The notes beneath the pieces are model-generated. The model was given only the letters and a program-made list of their open reading frames with translations, searched no databases and had not been told where the DNA came from. From Pseudomonadota bacterium (GTDB lineage: Bacteria; Pseudomonadota; Alphaproteobacteria; Micropepsales; Micropepsaceae): 64,000 nt of DNA. The position numbers and the translations under genes are program-made. Within the stretch, counting starts at the first letter, position 1, and each line of letters begins with the position of its first letter. Positions 9,243 to 19,563 of this stretch are shown here, piece after piece. The DNA is taken from assembly GCA_016201105.1 (NCBI GenBank), contig JACQDN010000015.1:13949-77948 (forward strand), in the 5' to 3' direction.

Positions 9243-10565
9243 CTAGTCCGAAGCCGCCCGGGCCGCGATGGGGTCTGTTGCTGCAGGCGCGGCCCGGAAC
9301 TGCCTGTCTACGGCGTTGGCCAGGGCGCCCGCGACGCCATCGCGCCATTCGGCGGTTCCCATTTGCGAGCTGTCATGGTGATTGGAAAGATAACCAAGTT
9401 CCACCAGAACTGCGGGAACATCCGGCGCCTTCAGCACCACGAACGCAGCAGAACGGTGCGGCGTGCGCGCCAGCACATCGGTCGCGCTTGAAAGCTGTTT
9501 CACCACGGTTTCGGCGAAGCGCGAGGACCGGTTCATGGTGTCGCGCTGAGCCAGATCGAGCAGGATGGGCGCAACCTGGCTGTTGTCGCCGGACAGATCG
9601 ACGCCGGCGATGATATCGGACTGGTTTTCCTTCTTCGCGAGAGCCGCGGCTTCCTTGTCCGATCCGGATTCCGAAAGCGAATAGACCGACGCGCCGTTGA
9701 CGGCGGTATCGGGATTGGAATCGGCATGCAGCGAGACGAACAGATCGGCGCCATGGCTGCGCGATATCGCAACGCGCTCGCGCAAGGGGATGTAAGTGTC
9801 GGTATCGCGCGTCAAAAACACCGTATATCCGCGCTTGCGTAACTCCTTGCCCAGACGCACGGCCTCGTCGAGCACCAGATCCTTCTCCGCTGACCCGTCC
9901 GCAGCGCTGGTGCCGGTGTCGATGCCGCCGTGGCCCGCGTCGATGACGATGATTTTCTTGGCGGTTTTCTTGGCCGGTTTCTCCGCCGCAAGCAGGGCCG
10001 CGATCTGATCGTCATGCTTTTGCAGGTCGGCCGGCCAGCCGGACTTCTGCGAAAACGCCGCCTGCGCCGTCGGGAAAAGATCGAGCACGACGCGGTAGCC
10101 AAATCCATCCTGCGGTGGAAGCACCAAAGGATCGGTTACGTTGACCGGCATGTTGAGATCGATCACGAAGCGCGAATTGCCGGGGCGATAGAGACCGTAG
10201 CGATAGCTCTTGATGGCGCCGAAGCCCGACGGCTTTTGCGGCCCGCCCTGAATGCGCCAAAGCACTTCGGGCAGATCGATCACCACGCGATTGGGATTTG
10301 AAAGCGTAAACACCCTGAGCTTCACCGGATCGGAGAGTTCGATCACGAAGCGCGTGCGATCGTCGTGCTCGCCGATCCGCGCGCTCAGAACCATGGGCTG
10401 AGCTTTGGAAGGCGGCGCGGGGATATCCATCGTCACCGAGGACGAGGGGAGCGAAGCATCGCGCGGCCGCGGCGTGGGGGGCAACACTTGGGCAATCGTC
10501 GGCGCCGCAGCGGCGAAAAACAGCAGCGATCCAAGAATGGCCGGGAAGAACTTCACGAGCTGCAC
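9243..10565 (-). CDS. amiC: N-acetylmuramoyl-L-alanine amidase with N-terminal AMIN domain
   Basis: Signal peptide MQLVKFFPAILGSLLFFAAAAPTIAQ. AMIN-like block DRTRFVIELSDPVKLRVFTLSNPNRVVIDLPEV. Amidase_3 domain (IVIDAGHGGIDTGT ... SLHADS). Confidence 0.88.
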   Translation of the reverse strand: MQLVKFFPAILGSLLFFAAAAPTIAQVLPPTPRPRDASLPSSSVTMDIPAPPSKAQPMVLSARIGEHDDRTRFVIELSDPVKLRVFTLSNPNRVVIDLPEVLWRIQGGPQKPSGFGAIKSYRYGLYRPGNSRFVIDLNMPVNVTDPLVLPPQDGFGYRVVLDLFPTAQAAFSQKSGWPADLQKHDDQIAALLAAEKPAKKTAKKIIVIDAGHGGIDTGTSAADGSAEKDLVLDEAVRLGKELRKRGYTVFLTRDTDTYIPLRERVAISRSHGADLFVSLHADSNPDTAVNGASVYSLSESGSDKEAAALAKKENQSDIIAGVDLSGDNSQVAPILLDLAQRDTMNRSSRFAETVVKQLSSATDVLARTPHRSAAFVVLKAPDVPAVLVELGYLSNHHDSSQMGTAEWRDGVAGALANAVDRQFRAAPAATDPIAARAASD

Positions 10566-11063
10566 AACCCCATCTCTAGCGCCGCAATACCCCAGAATTG
10601 CGGAGAATCTGTTTACGTCTCGTTAGCATTTTGGCCCCTTATAATGAATCCGTAGTCTTACCCTTGCCCTGGGGCAGCCGGCCACCTAAAAGGGTCGTGC
10701 CTGCTTCGGCCTCTGATCCGGCTTCTGGCCACGGCGAATTTCCTAGGGTTACAAGGACCTGTTCAGGCCCGTAACCCGAAGCTCCCGCCCCTCGCTGACG
10801 TTTACGGCAGCCACCGGGCGGAATCGTGGATCGGAGCGAGACGGCAGGTTCAACGGTCACGGGCCTTGCCTTCATGGTTAGCCCTGACCTTACGTGATTG
10901 CCGATGACCCTTTTTGCCAAGGCGCTTTTGACCACTCCTGCGGCCCAGCCGCCGGTGGCGACGCTTCGGCTTTCCCCCCAGACAAGACGAGCCCACCTCG
11001 CGCGGATTTCGCGTGCGCATTTGCGCGCATTCACCGCCGGCGGAGTGCGCTCGCACGGAGATT
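10566..11063 (+). promoter_or_regulatory. long putative 5' leader of rne
   Basis: About 500 nt with no credible ORF; the track ORFs here are Arg/Gly-rich junk. It is full of short GC hairpins, and a TATAAT lies at 10640-10645 without a good -35. RNase E genes classically carry long autoregulatory leaders, so this call rests on analogy only. Confidence 0.3.
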
Positions 11064-14000
11064 ATGATGTCCACCAAGCGCATGCTTATCGATGCAAGCC
11101 ACCCGGAAGAAACCCGGGTGGTGGTTCTCGACGGAAATAAAGTCGAGGAATTCGATTTCGAAGCCGCCACCAAGCGGCCCCTCAAAGGAAATATCTATCT
11201 CGCCAAGGTGACGCGCGTGGAGCCGTCGCTGCAGGCGGCGTTTGTCGAGTATGGCGGCAACCGCCAGGGCTTCCTCGCCTTCGGCGAAATCCATCCCGAC
11301 TACTACCAAATCCCGATCGCCGACCGCCAAGCGCTGCTCGCCGAACAAGAGGCCGAAGCACGCCGCCGCGCCGAAGAAGAGTTCGAGATCGTCGAGACCG
11401 GCACCGCCGTCGTCAGCGACGAAGAGCTGGAAGCCGAACACGCAGCCGAGGAGCAGGCGATCGAAGCGAGCGCCCAGCAGGGCGCCGAGCCGGCTTCTTC
11501 CGACGAGCAGCCCGATGAACACCGCGGGAAAGAACCGCGGGAGGACGACGAGGCCTCCGAGCGGGGTTTCGACAGCCGCGCATCGGATACGCACGGATCT
11601 GCGGAATCGGAGGTCGAATCCGGTTTCGATGTCGAACAGTCCGCCGATCCGGCGTTCGATCGTGAGAACGATCGCGGCGAATTCGAACGGCCTTCGGTTG
11701 AAGAGATCGCCGACGAAGAAGCCGAGGAAGGCATCGTCGACCAGCAATCGGCCGCCGAAACCGACCATGTTCCCGAGCATGACGAACACACCGGCAATGA
11801 TCTCGAACACGAGCACGAAGATTCCACGGATGTGGAATTCGTCGCCGAAGAAGAGCGCGCGGAAGGGATCGTCGATCAGCAATCGCAAGCCGAGGACGTC
11901 CATGCCGCAGACCAGCCGGCATCGCAGCCTTTGCAGGCGCGCCGTCCTTCGCAACGCTGGGCGCGCCGGCGTCACTACAAAATTCAAGAGGTCATCAAAC
12001 GCCGCCAGATCATCCTGGTTCAGGTCGTCAAGGAAGAGCGCGGCAACAAGGGCGCTGCGCTGACGACCTATATTTCGCTCGCAGGCCGTTATTGCGTGCT
12101 GATGCCCAACACGCCGCGCGGCGGCGGTATTTCGCGCAAGATCACCAATCTCAATGACAGGAAGCGTCTCAAGGCGGCAGCGGCCGCGCTCGAACTGCCC
12201 GAAGGCATGGGCCTCATCATCCGCACCGCCGGCGAGAACCGCACCAAACTCGAGATCAAGCGCGATTACGAATATCTGCTGCGCATGTGGGATCAGATCC
12301 GCGAACTCACGCTCCAGTCCAATGCACCCGCGCGCGTCTACGAGGAAGGCGACCTGATCAAGCGCGCCATCCGCGACCTCTACAACAAGGACGTTTCGGA
12401 GATCGTTGTCGAAGGCGACGACGGCTATCGCAACGCCAAAGACTTCATGCGCATGCTCATGCCGAGCCATGCCAAGAACGTACAGCCATATAAAGAACCG
12501 GTCCCGCTCTTCCAACGCCATCACATCGAGGCGCAGCTGGATTCGATGTTCTCGCCGACCGTGACATTGCGGTCCGGCGGCTACATCGTCATCAACCAGA
12601 CCGAAGCGCTCGTCTCCATCGACGTGAATTCCGGCCGCGCCACGCGCGAGCACTCCATCGAAGAGACTGCGCATAAAACCAACCTCGAAGCGGCGGAAGA
12701 AATCTCCCGCCAGCTGCGCTTGCGCGATCTCGCCGGCTTGATCGTGATCGATTTCATCGACATGGAGGATCACCGTAACGACCGCAATGTGGAAAAGCGG
12801 CTGCGCGACTCCGTGCGCCATGACCGGGCGCGCATCCAAATCGGCAAGATCAGCCAGTTCGGTCTTTTGGAAATGTCGCGCCAGCGCCTGCGCGCCGGCG
12901 TCATTGCCGGATCGACCGTGCCCTGCCCCCATTGCGGCGGCCAAGGCATCGTACGTTCCGTGGAATCGACTGCGCTGCGCGTCTTGCGCGCGCTGGATGA
13001 AGAGGGCCAACGCGGTCGCACGGCGGCGCTCACGGTCAAAGTTGCAACCGATGTTGCGATCTACACACTCAATCAGAAGCGCCGCGAACTTGCCCGCATC
13101 GAACACGATTGCGGCATGATCATCACCTTCGACGCGCAACCCGACATGATTGCCGGCCACTTCGAAATCGAGCGTACCCAGCAGCGCTCGCCGGAAGATC
13201 GCCCCAAGCCCGCGCTCGAGCAGCCTTCGCCTGAGGTAATCGAGGCCGCCGAAGAGGCCGAACCCCCCGCCCAGTCGGAAGAGGAAGTCGTCGAAGACGA
13301 AGAGGCCGAGGAGATCGAAGATGACGTTCGCCGCGCGCCACCGCCAAGCCAAGTCGGTGCGCGATCCGGTGCTCCATCCGGCGAAGCGCGCGAAGGCGGA
13401 CGCCGGCGCAGACGCCGCCGCCGCGGGCGCGATCACGCTCCCGCCCAACAGGGCAACGGTTCGTATCAGCAGCAGCCTCAGCCGCCGCAAGCGCTCGAAC
13501 CGCGCTTCGACATCAACGACGGCATTCCCGATACGACACCGGGCGCCTATGAGGCCGCTCCGCAACAACCTCGTTTGACTCCCGAACCATCCAGCGAAGG
13601 TCTGCGCGACGACAGCGAAGCCGGACGCCGGCGCAAGCGCCGCCGCCGCGGACGCCGCGGGCGCCGTGACGGCGAGTTCGGTTCACAGCCGCAGGTGCCG
13701 CGCTTCGAAGGCGAAGGTGTGCCGGTCGACGAGAGCGTTCGCGAAGATTCGGGCGAGCTCGAAGAAACTCCGAGCCTGGACGTGGACGAGACGCACCCGC
13801 CGCTCGACGCGCCCATCATCGTTCCGAATGCGCCGTCAGAACCTGTCTGGTCGCTCTCATCGGAGAAGGCACGAGAGGCAATCAAGGCCGAGCCCGCCAA
13901 GGTGACGCCGCTGCCGGAACCCCGCCAGACGTCGAAACCGGAAACGCCGTCTCAGCCCGCGCGCAAGGGCTGGTGGCAACGCGCCTTCCGTTCGGACTGA
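11064..14000 (+). CDS. rne: ribonuclease E
   Basis: Trimmed to ATG 11064/11067 after GGAG. It has an S1/catalytic core (MLIDASHPEETRVVVLDGNKVEEFDFE, GNIYLAKVTRVEPSLQAAFVEYG, Zn-link CPHCGGQG). A ~200-aa acidic insertion splits the core. The tail has poly-Arg tracts (RRRRRRRGR, RRRKRRRRGRRGRR). Confidence 0.93.
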   Translation: MMSTKRMLIDASHPEETRVVVLDGNKVEEFDFEAATKRPLKGNIYLAKVTRVEPSLQAAFVEYGGNRQGFLAFGEIHPDYYQIPIADRQALLAEQEAEARRRAEEEFEIVETGTAVVSDEELEAEHAAEEQAIEASAQQGAEPASSDEQPDEHRGKEPREDDEASERGFDSRASDTHGSAESEVESGFDVEQSADPAFDRENDRGEFERPSVEEIADEEAEEGIVDQQSAAETDHVPEHDEHTGNDLEHEHEDSTDVEFVAEEERAEGIVDQQSQAEDVHAADQPASQPLQARRPSQRWARRRHYKIQEVIKRRQIILVQVVKEERGNKGAALTTYISLAGRYCVLMPNTPRGGGISRKITNLNDRKRLKAAAAALELPEGMGLIIRTAGENRTKLEIKRDYEYLLRMWDQIRELTLQSNAPARVYEEGDLIKRAIRDLYNKDVSEIVVEGDDGYRNAKDFMRMLMPSHAKNVQPYKEPVPLFQRHHIEAQLDSMFSPTVTLRSGGYIVINQTEALVSIDVNSGRATREHSIEETAHKTNLEAAEEISRQLRLRDLAGLIVIDFIDMEDHRNDRNVEKRLRDSVRHDRARIQIGKISQFGLLEMSRQRLRAGVIAGSTVPCPHCGGQGIVRSVESTALRVLRALDEEGQRGRTAALTVKVATDVAIYTLNQKRRELARIEHDCGMIITFDAQPDMIAGHFEIERTQQRSPEDRPKPALEQPSPEVIEAAEEAEPPAQSEEEVVEDEEAEEIEDDVRRAPPPSQVGARSGAPSGEAREGGRRRRRRRRGRDHAPAQQGNGSYQQQPQPPQALEPRFDINDGIPDTTPGAYEAAPQQPRLTPEPSSEGLRDDSEAGRRRKRRRRGRRGRRDGEFGSQPQVPRFEGEGVPVDESVREDSGELEETPSLDVDETHPPLDAPIIVPNAPSEPVWSLSSEKAREAIKAEPAKVTPLPEPRQTSKPETPSQPARKGWWQRAFRSD

Positions 14001-14008
14001 CCAAATCG

Positions 14009-15367
14009 CTACTGGATCGCCGCCGACAGGCCCAGACCGAAACCACCGGGATCGCTGAGCGCCGTGCAGCGCCCGCCGCCGCACGCAACGGCGTTGACGG
14101 TGTCATAGGGCGCCATGCCGGTGGAATGCAGATCGCCCGGACCGAGCACGGTTTCGCCGCGGGCGAGTTTGAGCAGGACGAAAGCGAGAGCCGCTGTTGC
14201 ATTCGATCCGCCTGCGCCACTTCCGGCAAGAACGAGCGAATTGCTCTTGTCGGCCACAATCACGGGCGCGAGAAACATCATCGCCGCGCCGTCTTGCTTG
14301 CTCACCGGTGCTTTGGCCATGGTCACGCCCGTCGCTTCCACCGTCCGCCCCGTTCCGAACGGAGCGTTCATAGTCACTGCGCACGTCACGGCCTGACCGT
14401 TGTTGTCCACCGCCACGAAACCTGTCGATCCAAGGTCTTGCGGCAAGCTTGTCACCCCCATCCCGCCAAGCGCCTGCGTCACCGCGCCGGTGATTGCATG
14501 GACAGGATCGTCAACCGGGTTTCCTTGAGCGTCCGCGAGAAGCGAAATGAGCGAGGCGGCAAAGGTTCCCGCACTCAACTGCATCGGCGGAAGATTGACC
14601 ACTGCATCGCCCAGTTCCAGCGCGTGCGCAGGCTCGCGGTTGACATTGTAGTCCGCCAATTCCCGTTCGGTGATGACGGCGCTTTGGGCTGCCGCGTAGT
14701 TCGCGATCTTCAAAGCGATGTCGCCACGATAGAGACCATCGGGTCCGCGTTCGCGGATTGCCGCCAGTGCCGATGCGAGGTTGCGGTTGGAAACGAGCGC
14801 GCCTGCCGGCTTTAACTGTCCGGATTCATCGAGAAATTCCACCGCCAATTCCGCATCCAGCCGAATGACATTCTGGCTGGTGCCGAGCCGCGTGCCGAGG
14901 CCGCGCGAAATCGGAAAGCCGGCCGCCGCCAAGCCTTCGGCGGGGGCGATCAATCTTTGCCAGGAGAACTTTCCATAAATCGATTGCAGGACGGAAAAGC
15001 CGCGGACATTTCCCGGCACGGCGAACGCACCGCCGCCGGCCGCGGTACGCGGCAGAAAATCGAACACTTCGTTCGCACCGCTCGCCGGATCGTGCACAAT
15101 GCAGATGCCGCCGCCGCCCAGCCCCGCAGCCACCGGATACGTCACAGAGAGCGCAAAATAGAGCGCGGTGGCCGCATCCGCCGCCGTTCCGCCCTGCGCG
15201 AGAACTTGCTGGCCAACCCGTACCGCCGAAGGTTCATCACCCGCCACAAATCCGCCGCCGGCTTCCTCTTTGAGGCCGAACAATGTCGAGCCGGATGAAC
15301 AAGCTGTAAGAATGGTGACAAGACAGGTTAATCCGGCAGCACAGGCCATGGGTGCGAAGCGATGCAT
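14009..15367 (-). CDS. gamma-glutamyltransferase family lipoprotein
   Basis: Trimmed to ATG 15367, which gives a lipobox signal MHRFAPMACAAGLTCLVTILTAC. GGT-family blocks are present (GGGGICIVHD; GSTGFVAVDNNGQAVTCAVTMN). Confidence 0.85.
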   Translation of the reverse strand: MHRFAPMACAAGLTCLVTILTACSSGSTLFGLKEEAGGGFVAGDEPSAVRVGQQVLAQGGTAADAATALYFALSVTYPVAAGLGGGGICIVHDPASGANEVFDFLPRTAAGGGAFAVPGNVRGFSVLQSIYGKFSWQRLIAPAEGLAAAGFPISRGLGTRLGTSQNVIRLDAELAVEFLDESGQLKPAGALVSNRNLASALAAIRERGPDGLYRGDIALKIANYAAAQSAVITERELADYNVNREPAHALELGDAVVNLPPMQLSAGTFAASLISLLADAQGNPVDDPVHAITGAVTQALGGMGVTSLPQDLGSTGFVAVDNNGQAVTCAVTMNAPFGTGRTVEATGVTMAKAPVSKQDGAAMMFLAPVIVADKSNSLVLAGSGAGGSNATAALAFVLLKLARGETVLGPGDLHSTGMAPYDTVNAVACGGGRCTALSDPGGFGLGLSAAIQ

Positions 15368-15497
15368 GTGCAAGCAATTCCCGAATTTACTATACGAAGC
15401 AAGCCAACGCTCCGAAGGGCGCCGCAATCCGTTGACGCGTGACAACCGCGCCAATACGGTCGGCCCGAGGGCGTGGGGCAACAGGAGAGTTCAGGCC

Positions 15498-16901
15498 TTG
15501 TCGTATTTCAACCCTTCCCGGCGCGTTCGCGCATTCGCGAAGAAGACAGTTTCTCGCGGCCTTTCGCTTTTGCTCTCGCTTGCCACGGCGTTTTCGCTGT
15601 CGGTGCATCCGGCGGCGGCACAAATTGGAGGACTGCCGCTCATCCGCGATACCGAGATGGAGCGCGTACTGAAGGGATATGAAGATCCCATTCTGAAAGT
15701 CGCCGGCCTCGATCCCGCCGCGGTCAGAATCTACATCGTCAACGATCCGTCGATTAACGCTTTCGTTGCCGAAGGCCAGAACATCTTCGTCAACACTGGA
15801 CTGTTCATGCAGCTGCAGACACCGAACCAAGTCATCGGCGTGCTGGCGCATGAAACCGGTCATATGGCCGGCGGTCACCTGACGCGCGGCACCGACGCCA
15901 TCAAGAAGGCCGCCATTCCCATGTTGATTTCCATGGTGGTCGGCATCGCCGCGATGGCCCTCGGCGCAGGCGATGTCGGGCAAGCGGCGATTATATACGG
16001 CCAACAGATTGCGCAGGCACAGTTCTTTCAGTTCAGCCGAACCCAGGAAGCAACCGCCGACCAGATGGGCCAGCGCTTCTTGAAGGCCACGCATCAATCC
16101 GGCGACGGCATGCTGGAAGTGTTCGAGAAGCTCGCCAACGAAGAAGCGATGTCGGCCAGCTACCGCACCCCCTATGCTTCGGACCATCCCGCCTCTCGCG
16201 AGCGTATCGATCTGCTGCAGCGTCTGGCAGACGCCTCGCCTTACAAGGACATCAAGGACAGCCCGGAGACCATGCATCAATTCCAGATGATCCAGGCCAA
16301 GCTCGCCGGCTACCTGTCGCAGCCAGCGGCGGTCTTCAATCGCTATCCGCCAAGCGACACGAGCGAGGAAGCGCGCTATGCGCGCGCGATGGCGTATTTC
16401 CGCAAGCCCGACATGCAAAAGGCGCTTGCCGAGATCGACAGCCTCGTCAAGGAAGAGCCGAACAATCCGTACTTCCAGGAAGTTCTCGGACAGATCTATG
16501 TCGAGATGGCGCAACCGGAAAAAGGCATCGGTCCCTACCAGAAATCCGTCAATCTTTTGCCCGACGCGCCTTTGCTGAGGGTCTCGCTTGCCGCGGCACA
16601 GATCGCCTGCGAACAGAAGTGCAACATGACCAAGGCCGCGCTGGACAATCTTCAAAGGGCCCTTGTGCAGGAAAACGACAACAGTTTCGCTTGGTACGAA
16701 TCCGCTCAGGCCTATAGCAGTCTGGGCAACGAACCGATGGCCGATCTCGCCACTGCCGAGCAGGCTTACGCGCTGGGCGCCCTGCCGCGGGCTGCGCAAT
16801 TCGCCACATACGCTGCTCGCAAGCTGCCGAAGGGCTCTCCCGACTGGCAGCGCGCCACTGATATCATGGCGGTCGCGGGACCTGAGTCCCGCCAAAGGTA
16901 A
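15498..16901 (+). CDS. M48 family metalloprotease with C-terminal TPR-like region
   Basis: There is no usable ATG. TTG 15498 has AGGAGA 9 nt upstream and yields the signal peptide ...LSLLLSLATAFSLSVHPAAAQ. HEXXH motif AHETGHMAGGH. Confidence 0.85.
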   Translation: MSYFNPSRRVRAFAKKTVSRGLSLLLSLATAFSLSVHPAAAQIGGLPLIRDTEMERVLKGYEDPILKVAGLDPAAVRIYIVNDPSINAFVAEGQNIFVNTGLFMQLQTPNQVIGVLAHETGHMAGGHLTRGTDAIKKAAIPMLISMVVGIAAMALGAGDVGQAAIIYGQQIAQAQFFQFSRTQEATADQMGQRFLKATHQSGDGMLEVFEKLANEEAMSASYRTPYASDHPASRERIDLLQRLADASPYKDIKDSPETMHQFQMIQAKLAGYLSQPAAVFNRYPPSDTSEEARYARAMAYFRKPDMQKALAEIDSLVKEEPNNPYFQEVLGQIYVEMAQPEKGIGPYQKSVNLLPDAPLLRVSLAAAQIACEQKCNMTKAALDNLQRALVQENDNSFAWYESAQAYSSLGNEPMADLATAEQAYALGALPRAAQFATYAARKLPKGSPDWQRATDIMAVAGPESRQR

Positions 16902-16921
16902 ACCGCTCCCACAGAGGTTTC

Positions 16922-17662
16922 ATGCAGAACAATTTGAAGCTGGCGTTGGCCGGCGGTTTGGCTGGCGCCGTGATCGCGGTCGCCGCCGTCATCGGGCTGT
17001 CGCTGACGGGCAATCTGCCGGGTGGTTATTCCAACCAGAAAGTCAGCGACTATCTGATGTCGAATCCCGAAATCCTTGCCGCCATGTCGGCCAAGTTGCA
17101 GATGCGGCAAGAGGCCGAAGACACCTCGCGCCGCCAGGCGGCCGTCGAGAAGCTCGGCCTCAAAGCCTTCTTCAATCCGAAAGTCGCATTTGTCACCGGC
17201 CCCGAACACGCCAAAGTCACGCTTGTGGAGTTCTTCGACTACAACTGCGTGCACTGCCGCAATTCGCTTGCGGCGATGAAAAAGTTCTATGCGGCGCACA
17301 AGGACGCGCGCTACGCGTTCATCGATTTTCCGATCTTCGGCGACGATTCCATTCTGGCCGCACGCGCCGCTATCGCCGCACGTCAGCAACCCGACAAATA
17401 CGTCGATTTCCACTTTGCGCTGCTGGGCACGAGCGGTCCGGCAAATGCCGACAGCATCTTCGCGGCCGCCCGGGCCGTCGGCCTCGACATGAAGAAGTTG
17501 CAGGCCGATATGAACGATCCCACGCTTCCGGCGAAAATCGATGCCGCGCACGCGCTCGCGCAAGCCGCCGCCGTGGACGGCACGCCCACCTTCGTCATCA
17601 ACGGCAAGGTTCATCCCGGCGAAGTCAACGACGCGCTGCTCGCCAAGCTGGTGAAGGGCTAG
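16922..17662 (+). CDS. DsbA-family thiol:disulfide oxidoreductase
   Basis: N-terminal membrane anchor and a thioredoxin-fold CxxC (FFDYNCVHCRNS). Confidence 0.88.
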   Translation: MQNNLKLALAGGLAGAVIAVAAVIGLSLTGNLPGGYSNQKVSDYLMSNPEILAAMSAKLQMRQEAEDTSRRQAAVEKLGLKAFFNPKVAFVTGPEHAKVTLVEFFDYNCVHCRNSLAAMKKFYAAHKDARYAFIDFPIFGDDSILAARAAIAARQQPDKYVDFHFALLGTSGPANADSIFAAARAVGLDMKKLQADMNDPTLPAKIDAAHALAQAAAVDGTPTFVINGKVHPGEVNDALLAKLVKG

Positions 17663-17668
17663 ATCGAC

Positions 17669-18511
17669 TTAGAACGCGCGATGCTGGGCAAAGAGTGCAT
17701 TCAGTTCCGGTTGCGGGAACTGATGTTCGGCAAAGCTGATCGTGCCTTTGTCGCGCAATTCTTCCGCAGCGCGGCGTACCAAGCCCAAGACGGCGCGAGC
17801 GATGCTCCCGCCGAGGCTGATGCGCTGGACGCCCGCTGCAAGCCATGTGCGCGCGTCACCGGTCGCATTGCCGAGTCCCATCACCACGTTGAGCGGACCA
17901 TGGATTTCCCGCGTCAGCAGCGTGATTGAGGCGATGTCGGAGGCGCCCGGCGTGTACAGACAATCGGCGCCGGCCTCGCGGAATTTGTTGGAACGGCGGA
18001 TCGCGGCCGCGATGCCTTCTTTCGACCACAGGATCGCGTCGCTGCGGGCGGTCAGCACAAAGGATGACTTCATGCGATCGATCGTTTCGCGCGCCGCCAC
18101 GATGCGCTCAACCGCCAGCGTCTCGTCGTAAAGCAATGGTTGCATCGGTTTCTTGTCCTCGATATTGCCGCCGGACAGTCCGCATGCGATGGCCATCCCA
18201 ATTGTCTCGGCGACATCCTCGGGCCGGTCGCCGTAGCCCGCCTCGAGATCGCCGTTGACCGGGACGCGCACCGCCCTTGCGATCTCGCCCATGCGCGCGA
18301 ACATCTCCTCGCGCGAAACCGACAAGCTGCCGTCGTCGACGGCGTAGTCTTGCCGCCCCAGCGAGAACGCGATCCCCGCGCTGGTGGTGGCGATGGCGGG
18401 AAAGCCAGCTGCCGCCAGGATCAAAGCGCTTCCGGCGTCCCATGCATTGGGCATCACGAAGCCCGGTTTGGCGGCATGCAGGGCGCGGAAGACGGAGGCG
18501 GGCGAGGTCAT
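17669..18511 (-). CDS. isocitrate lyase / PEP mutase family protein
   Basis: MPNAWDAGSALILAAAGFPAIATTSAG and GGNIEDK blocks. The track start is TTG 18526; the first ATG is 18511. Confidence 0.85.
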   Translation of the reverse strand: MTSPASVFRALHAAKPGFVMPNAWDAGSALILAAAGFPAIATTSAGIAFSLGRQDYAVDDGSLSVSREEMFARMGEIARAVRVPVNGDLEAGYGDRPEDVAETIGMAIACGLSGGNIEDKKPMQPLLYDETLAVERIVAARETIDRMKSSFVLTARSDAILWSKEGIAAAIRRSNKFREAGADCLYTPGASDIASITLLTREIHGPLNVVMGLGNATGDARTWLAAGVQRISLGGSIARAVLGLVRRAAEELRDKGTISFAEHQFPQPELNALFAQHRAF

Positions 18512-18618
18512 GAGCAGGCCTTTCAAAACTGACGACGAAATACGGTACTAGCCGGCGCCCTTGCTATGCGTCCAATTTATTGTTTTTATATGATCGATCT
18601 GTTTTTTGCATGGTTGAG

Positions 18619-19563
18619 ATGGACTCCGAAGGCCTGCGCACATTCCTCGCCATCCACCGCGCTGGAGGTTTTTCCAGCGCGGCCGAGGTCCTCAACCGCT
18701 CGCAGCCGGCGATCAGCCGCCGTATCGCCCTACTGGAACAGGAATTGGGGGCACCGCTTTTCGAGCGCGCCGCCGGCGGCGTGGTGTTGAGCCAGGCAGG
18801 CCGCGTGCTGCTGCCTCATGCCGAGAGAGCGGTGGCAACGCTCGAGGACTGCACCGCGGCTCTGGCAACGCTGCGTTCCGGCGTGTCGGGGCCGCTGGAC
18901 ATCGCAACGGTCGGCACGCTGGCGGGCGCAAATCTTACGCCAATTCTCAAACGCTTCGCATCGGAACATCCCGGCGTCGCGCTATCGCTGCGCACCGCCA
19001 CCAGCACAGAGGTGAGCAACCTGGTCCGCCAAGGCCAAGCGAACATCGGGCTTCGCTATCACCCCGACACCACGCCCGATCTCGAGTGCGAGACGATCGG
19101 CTCCGAACGGCTTCAGGTGGTCAGTGGCTCCGAACATCGATTGGCCGGCGGCAAGGTGCGTTCGCTGCGCGATCTCGCAGGCGAGCACTGGCTCGCCTTT
19201 CCCGATGCGCGCGAATTGCGCGAGACGTCGGCCGACAATCTCTTCACCCAATTTCTGGTTCGCGGCGTCGCGGATATCCAATGGACGCCAATCGACAGCC
19301 TTACGGCGCAAAAGCGACTCGTCGAGGCTGGCTTTGGGATCGCGCTGCTCCCCGAAAGCGCGATCGTGGAAGAACGCGCCAACGGGAGTTTGGCCGTGAT
19401 TGATGTCGCCGACCTCGACGCCGCCAATCCGGTCTGCCTGGTCGTGCGCCGACAAGGCTATTTGAGCCCGGCGGCACAAGCGCTGATGTCGCTGCTACGA
19501 ACCGAATCTCTTGCCGGCCCTGCCACTGGGCGAAAATTTGGAGCGGAAAAGCGGCGCGCTTAG
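18619..19563 (+). CDS. LysR family transcriptional regulator
   Basis: w[42 protein letters not shown] plus a LysR substrate domain. It is divergent from the PEP-mutase gene. Alternative starts are 18610 and 18580. Confidence 0.88.
   Translation: MDSEGLRTFLAIHRAGGFSSAAEVLNRSQPAISRRIALLEQELGAPLFERAAGGVVLSQAGRVLLPHAERAVATLEDCTAALATLRSGVSGPLDIATVGTLAGANLTPILKRFASEHPGVALSLRTATSTEVSNLVRQGQANIGLRYHPDTTPDLECETIGSERLQVVSGSEHRLAGGKVRSLRDLAGEHWLAFPDARELRETSADNLFTQFLVRGVADIQWTPIDSLTAQKRLVEAGFGIALLPESAIVEERANGSLAVIDVADLDAANPVCLVVRRQGYLSPAAQALMSLLRTESLAGPATGRKFGAEKRRA

Noticed and set aside
10640-10645. Perfect TATAAT upstream of rne as the rne promoter
   Set aside because: No acceptable -35 hexamer lies at 16-18 nt spacing (GTCTCG/CGTCTC). 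I kept it only as a remark within the leader feature.
11031-13568. 845-aa minus-strand ORF opposite rne
   Set aside because: It lies antisense to a clearly real RNase E gene. Its sequence is low-complexity and Arg/Gly/Leu/Phe-rich, with no motif. It is a shadow ORF.
18527-18618. LysR-type T-N11-A operator in the divergent spacer (ATTTATTGTTTTTATATGATCGATC, containing the GATCGATC palindrome)
   Set aside because: Several overlapping T-N11-A matches arise by chance in this A/T-rich stretch. I cannot single out one site without comparative data.
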